Source: a candidate division WOR-3 bacterium
Lineage (GTDB): Bacteria; Hydrothermota; Hydrothermia; Hydrothermales; Hydrothermaceae
Reading direction: 5' to 3'
DNA length: 27,653 bases
Assembly: GCA_039803745.1 (NCBI GenBank)
Contig: JBDRZD010000023.1
Coordinates: forward strand, 1-27,653
The position numbers were made by a program, and so were the translations under genes. Within the stretch, counting starts at the first letter, position 1; the number at the start of each line of letters is the position of its first letter. The notes beneath the pieces are model-generated. The model searched no databases, was not told where the DNA came from, and saw nothing but the letters and a program-made list of their open reading frames with translations. Below are positions 26,077 through 27,653 of the stretch, piece after piece.

Positions 26077-27653
26077 ATGAGTATGGTATATGGGGTACTC
26101 CTGAGTGTGGTAATAAATATGGGGATGGATAAAATAATGCCATCCCTGAAGGAAATCATGCAGAATACAGGTCCTGATGAAAAAATAGCAATACTTGTCC
26201 ATATGGCTGAAAAACCAGACTTTGAAGCAATAAAAAATCTCCCACCAAAAGAATATGTGGAATACATTAAAAATTTTGCAGAGAATTCACAAAGGGATAT
26301 AATCAATTACCTAAAAACTAATTTCTCAAATAAAATAGAAGGATTAAATCCTTACTGGATATTCAATGGATTCTATGTTAAGGCAACTAAAGAAGTAATA
26401 GAAGAACTTGCAAAAAGAGAGGATGTTGAATACATAATTGAAGATTTTGTAATCCAACTTGAAGAAGTTAAACCTGCTGATCCGACAATCCTTACACCAA
26501 CATGGAATGTAACAAAAGTAAAAGCAGATTCCTGCTGGAATGCAGGTTATACAGGAGCAGGAGTAATAATTGGACATATGGATACAGGTGTTGATATAAA
26601 CCATCCAGCATTACAGGGAAAATGGTTATCACCTTACTGGTATGACCCCATAAATGGACAACCCAATCCTTATGATGATAATGGACATGGAACCCATACA
26701 ATGGGGACAATTCTTGGAGGCGATGGAAATGGACCATTTGCAAATGATATAGGTGTTGCTCCTGGTGCAAAATTTGTAGCATGCAAGATATGTAATTCAG
26801 GCGGTTCATGTCCTTCCTCAGCAATTCATGCAGGATTCCAGCAGATTGCTACATGGAGATCACAGGGAGTTCTAATTGTGGCTGCATCAAACTCATGGGG
26901 TTCAACTGCTACAACCTCTACTGAATTCTGGCAGGATTGTACAAACTGGAGAAATGTTGGTATTTTCCCTGTATTTTCAATTGGAAATAGCGGACCTAAT
27001 CCAAACACTGCAGGAACACCTGGTAATTTCCCAATTGTTATAGGTGTTGGTGCAACTGATGCAAGTGATAATATTGCTTCATTCTCTTCAAGAGGACCTG
27101 CTCCAAACCAGGCACCATGGAATCAAACTCAATACTGGATGAGACCTGATTGGAACAGGACGAAACCTGATATATCTGCCCCTGGAGTAAATGTTTATTC
27201 TTCATTACCTGGTGGCTCTTATGGAAATATGAGTGGAACATCTATGGCATGTCCACATGTAACAGGTGCAATTGCAATAATCAATCAGAAAAATTCTGCC
27301 CTTGATGTCCCAACAATTTATAATTTACTCCTTGACTGGGCTGACAAACCTTCTCAGGGAGCACCTTATCCTAATAATAATTATGGATGGGGGAGATTAA
27401 ATGTATATCAAGCACTTTTACATACACCTACTCCAAATATGCCAAATGTTTATCTTGAATCTTATACATTGCAGGATGCAGGCGGAAATGGTTATTGGGA
27501 TCCAGGAGAAACTGCATATATAAGAGTAACATTAAGAAATACAGGTGCAAATGCAACAAATGTTAATGGAACTCTAAGAACAACATCCCCATATGTAACA
27601 ATTCAGGATTCAACATCAAGTTTCGGAAATATTCCACAGGGAGGAAGTGCAAA
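26077..27653 (+). CDS. S8 subtilisin-like serine protease (bacillopeptidase F-like) with an I9-type propeptide and a downstream Ig-like domain; 3' end lies beyond the window
   Basis: Manual translation from ATG 26077 stays open to the window end. The catalytic triad is in frame: MDTG (Asp 26581), GHGTH (His 26686) and GTSMACPHVTG (Ser 27241). Also FSIGN, FSSRGP and KPDISAPG; propeptide YWIFNG; post-catalytic DAGGNGYWDPGE...LRN.G. Confidence 0.93.
   Translation, partial: MSMVYGVLLSVVINMGMDKIMPSLKEIMQNTGPDEKIAILVHMAEKPDFEAIKNLPPKEYVEYIKNFAENSQRDIINYLKTNFSNKIEGLNPYWIFNGFYVKATKEVIEELAKREDVEYIIEDFVIQLEEVKPADPTILTPTWNVTKVKADSCWNAGYTGAGVIIGHMDTGVDINHPALQGKWLSPYWYDPINGQPNPYDDNGHGTHTMGTILGGDGNGPFANDIGVAPGAKFVACKICNSGGSCPSSAIHAGFQQIATWRSQGVLIVAASNSWGSTATTSTEFWQDCTNWRNVGIFPVFSIGNSGPNPNTAGTPGNFPIVIGVGATDASDNIASFSSRGPAPNQAPWNQTQYWMRPDWNRTKPDISAPGVNVYSSLPGGSYGNMSGTSMACPHVTGAIAIINQKNSALDVPTIYNLLLDWADKPSQGAPYPNNNYGWGRLNVYQALLHTPTPNMPNVYLESYTLQDAGGNGYWDPGETAYIRVTLRNTGANATNVNGTLRTTSPYVTIQDSTSSFGNIPQGGSA

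Noticed and set aside
26043..27241. Five minus-strand ORFs in the track at the right end
   Set aside because: They are antisense to the S8 protease, which the track omitted only because its stop codon lies beyond the window.
26077..27653. Horizontal acquisition suggested by the compositional shift (fewer A-runs, more C) in the protease gene
   Set aside because: The shift is explained by the Gly/Asn/Thr/Pro-rich composition of a secreted protein, and no mobility genes or flanking repeats are present.
1..27653. CRISPR arrays, tRNA/rRNA genes, IS elements and riboswitches
   Set aside because: Intergenic gaps are all under about 140 bp and AT-rich. I saw no repeat-spacer pattern, structured GC-rich RNA or transposase ORF.

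Overview
AT-rich bacterial chromosomal window with Lys/Glu/Ile-rich proteins, suggesting a thermophilic anaerobe; an FCB-group lineage such as WOR-3 is plausible but only inferred. It has four blocks. (1) 85-15302 (+): a division/cell-wall (dcw) operon, mraZ-rsmH-ftsL-ftsI-murE-murF-mraY-murD-ftsW-murG-murC-murB-(short ftsQ-like)-ftsA-ftsZ, with three 10-bp-phased MraZ boxes upstream and no ddl. (2) 21571-15299 (-): a tightly overlapping five-gene operon with its own predicted sigma70 promoter. It encodes a Roadblock/MglB-like protein, a protein with two DnaA-like AAA+ modules and no DNA-binding domain, a DUF4388/MshEN-like/wHTH/TPR protein, an orphan CheR methyltransferase and an apparently catalytically dead GH38 alpha-mannosidase-fold protein. 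This is the best candidate for an undescribed signalling or polarity system. (3) 25942-21615 (-): a four-subunit 2-oxoacid:ferredoxin oxidoreductase (gamma-delta-alpha-beta) whose delta subunit is split by an inserted GltD/NfnB-like FAD/NAD(P)H module. (4) 26077 to the window end (+): an S8 subtilase that the ORF track missed, with a perfect TTGACA-17-TATAAT promoter and a very short N-terminal leader. No RNA genes, CRISPR arrays or mobile elements were seen.
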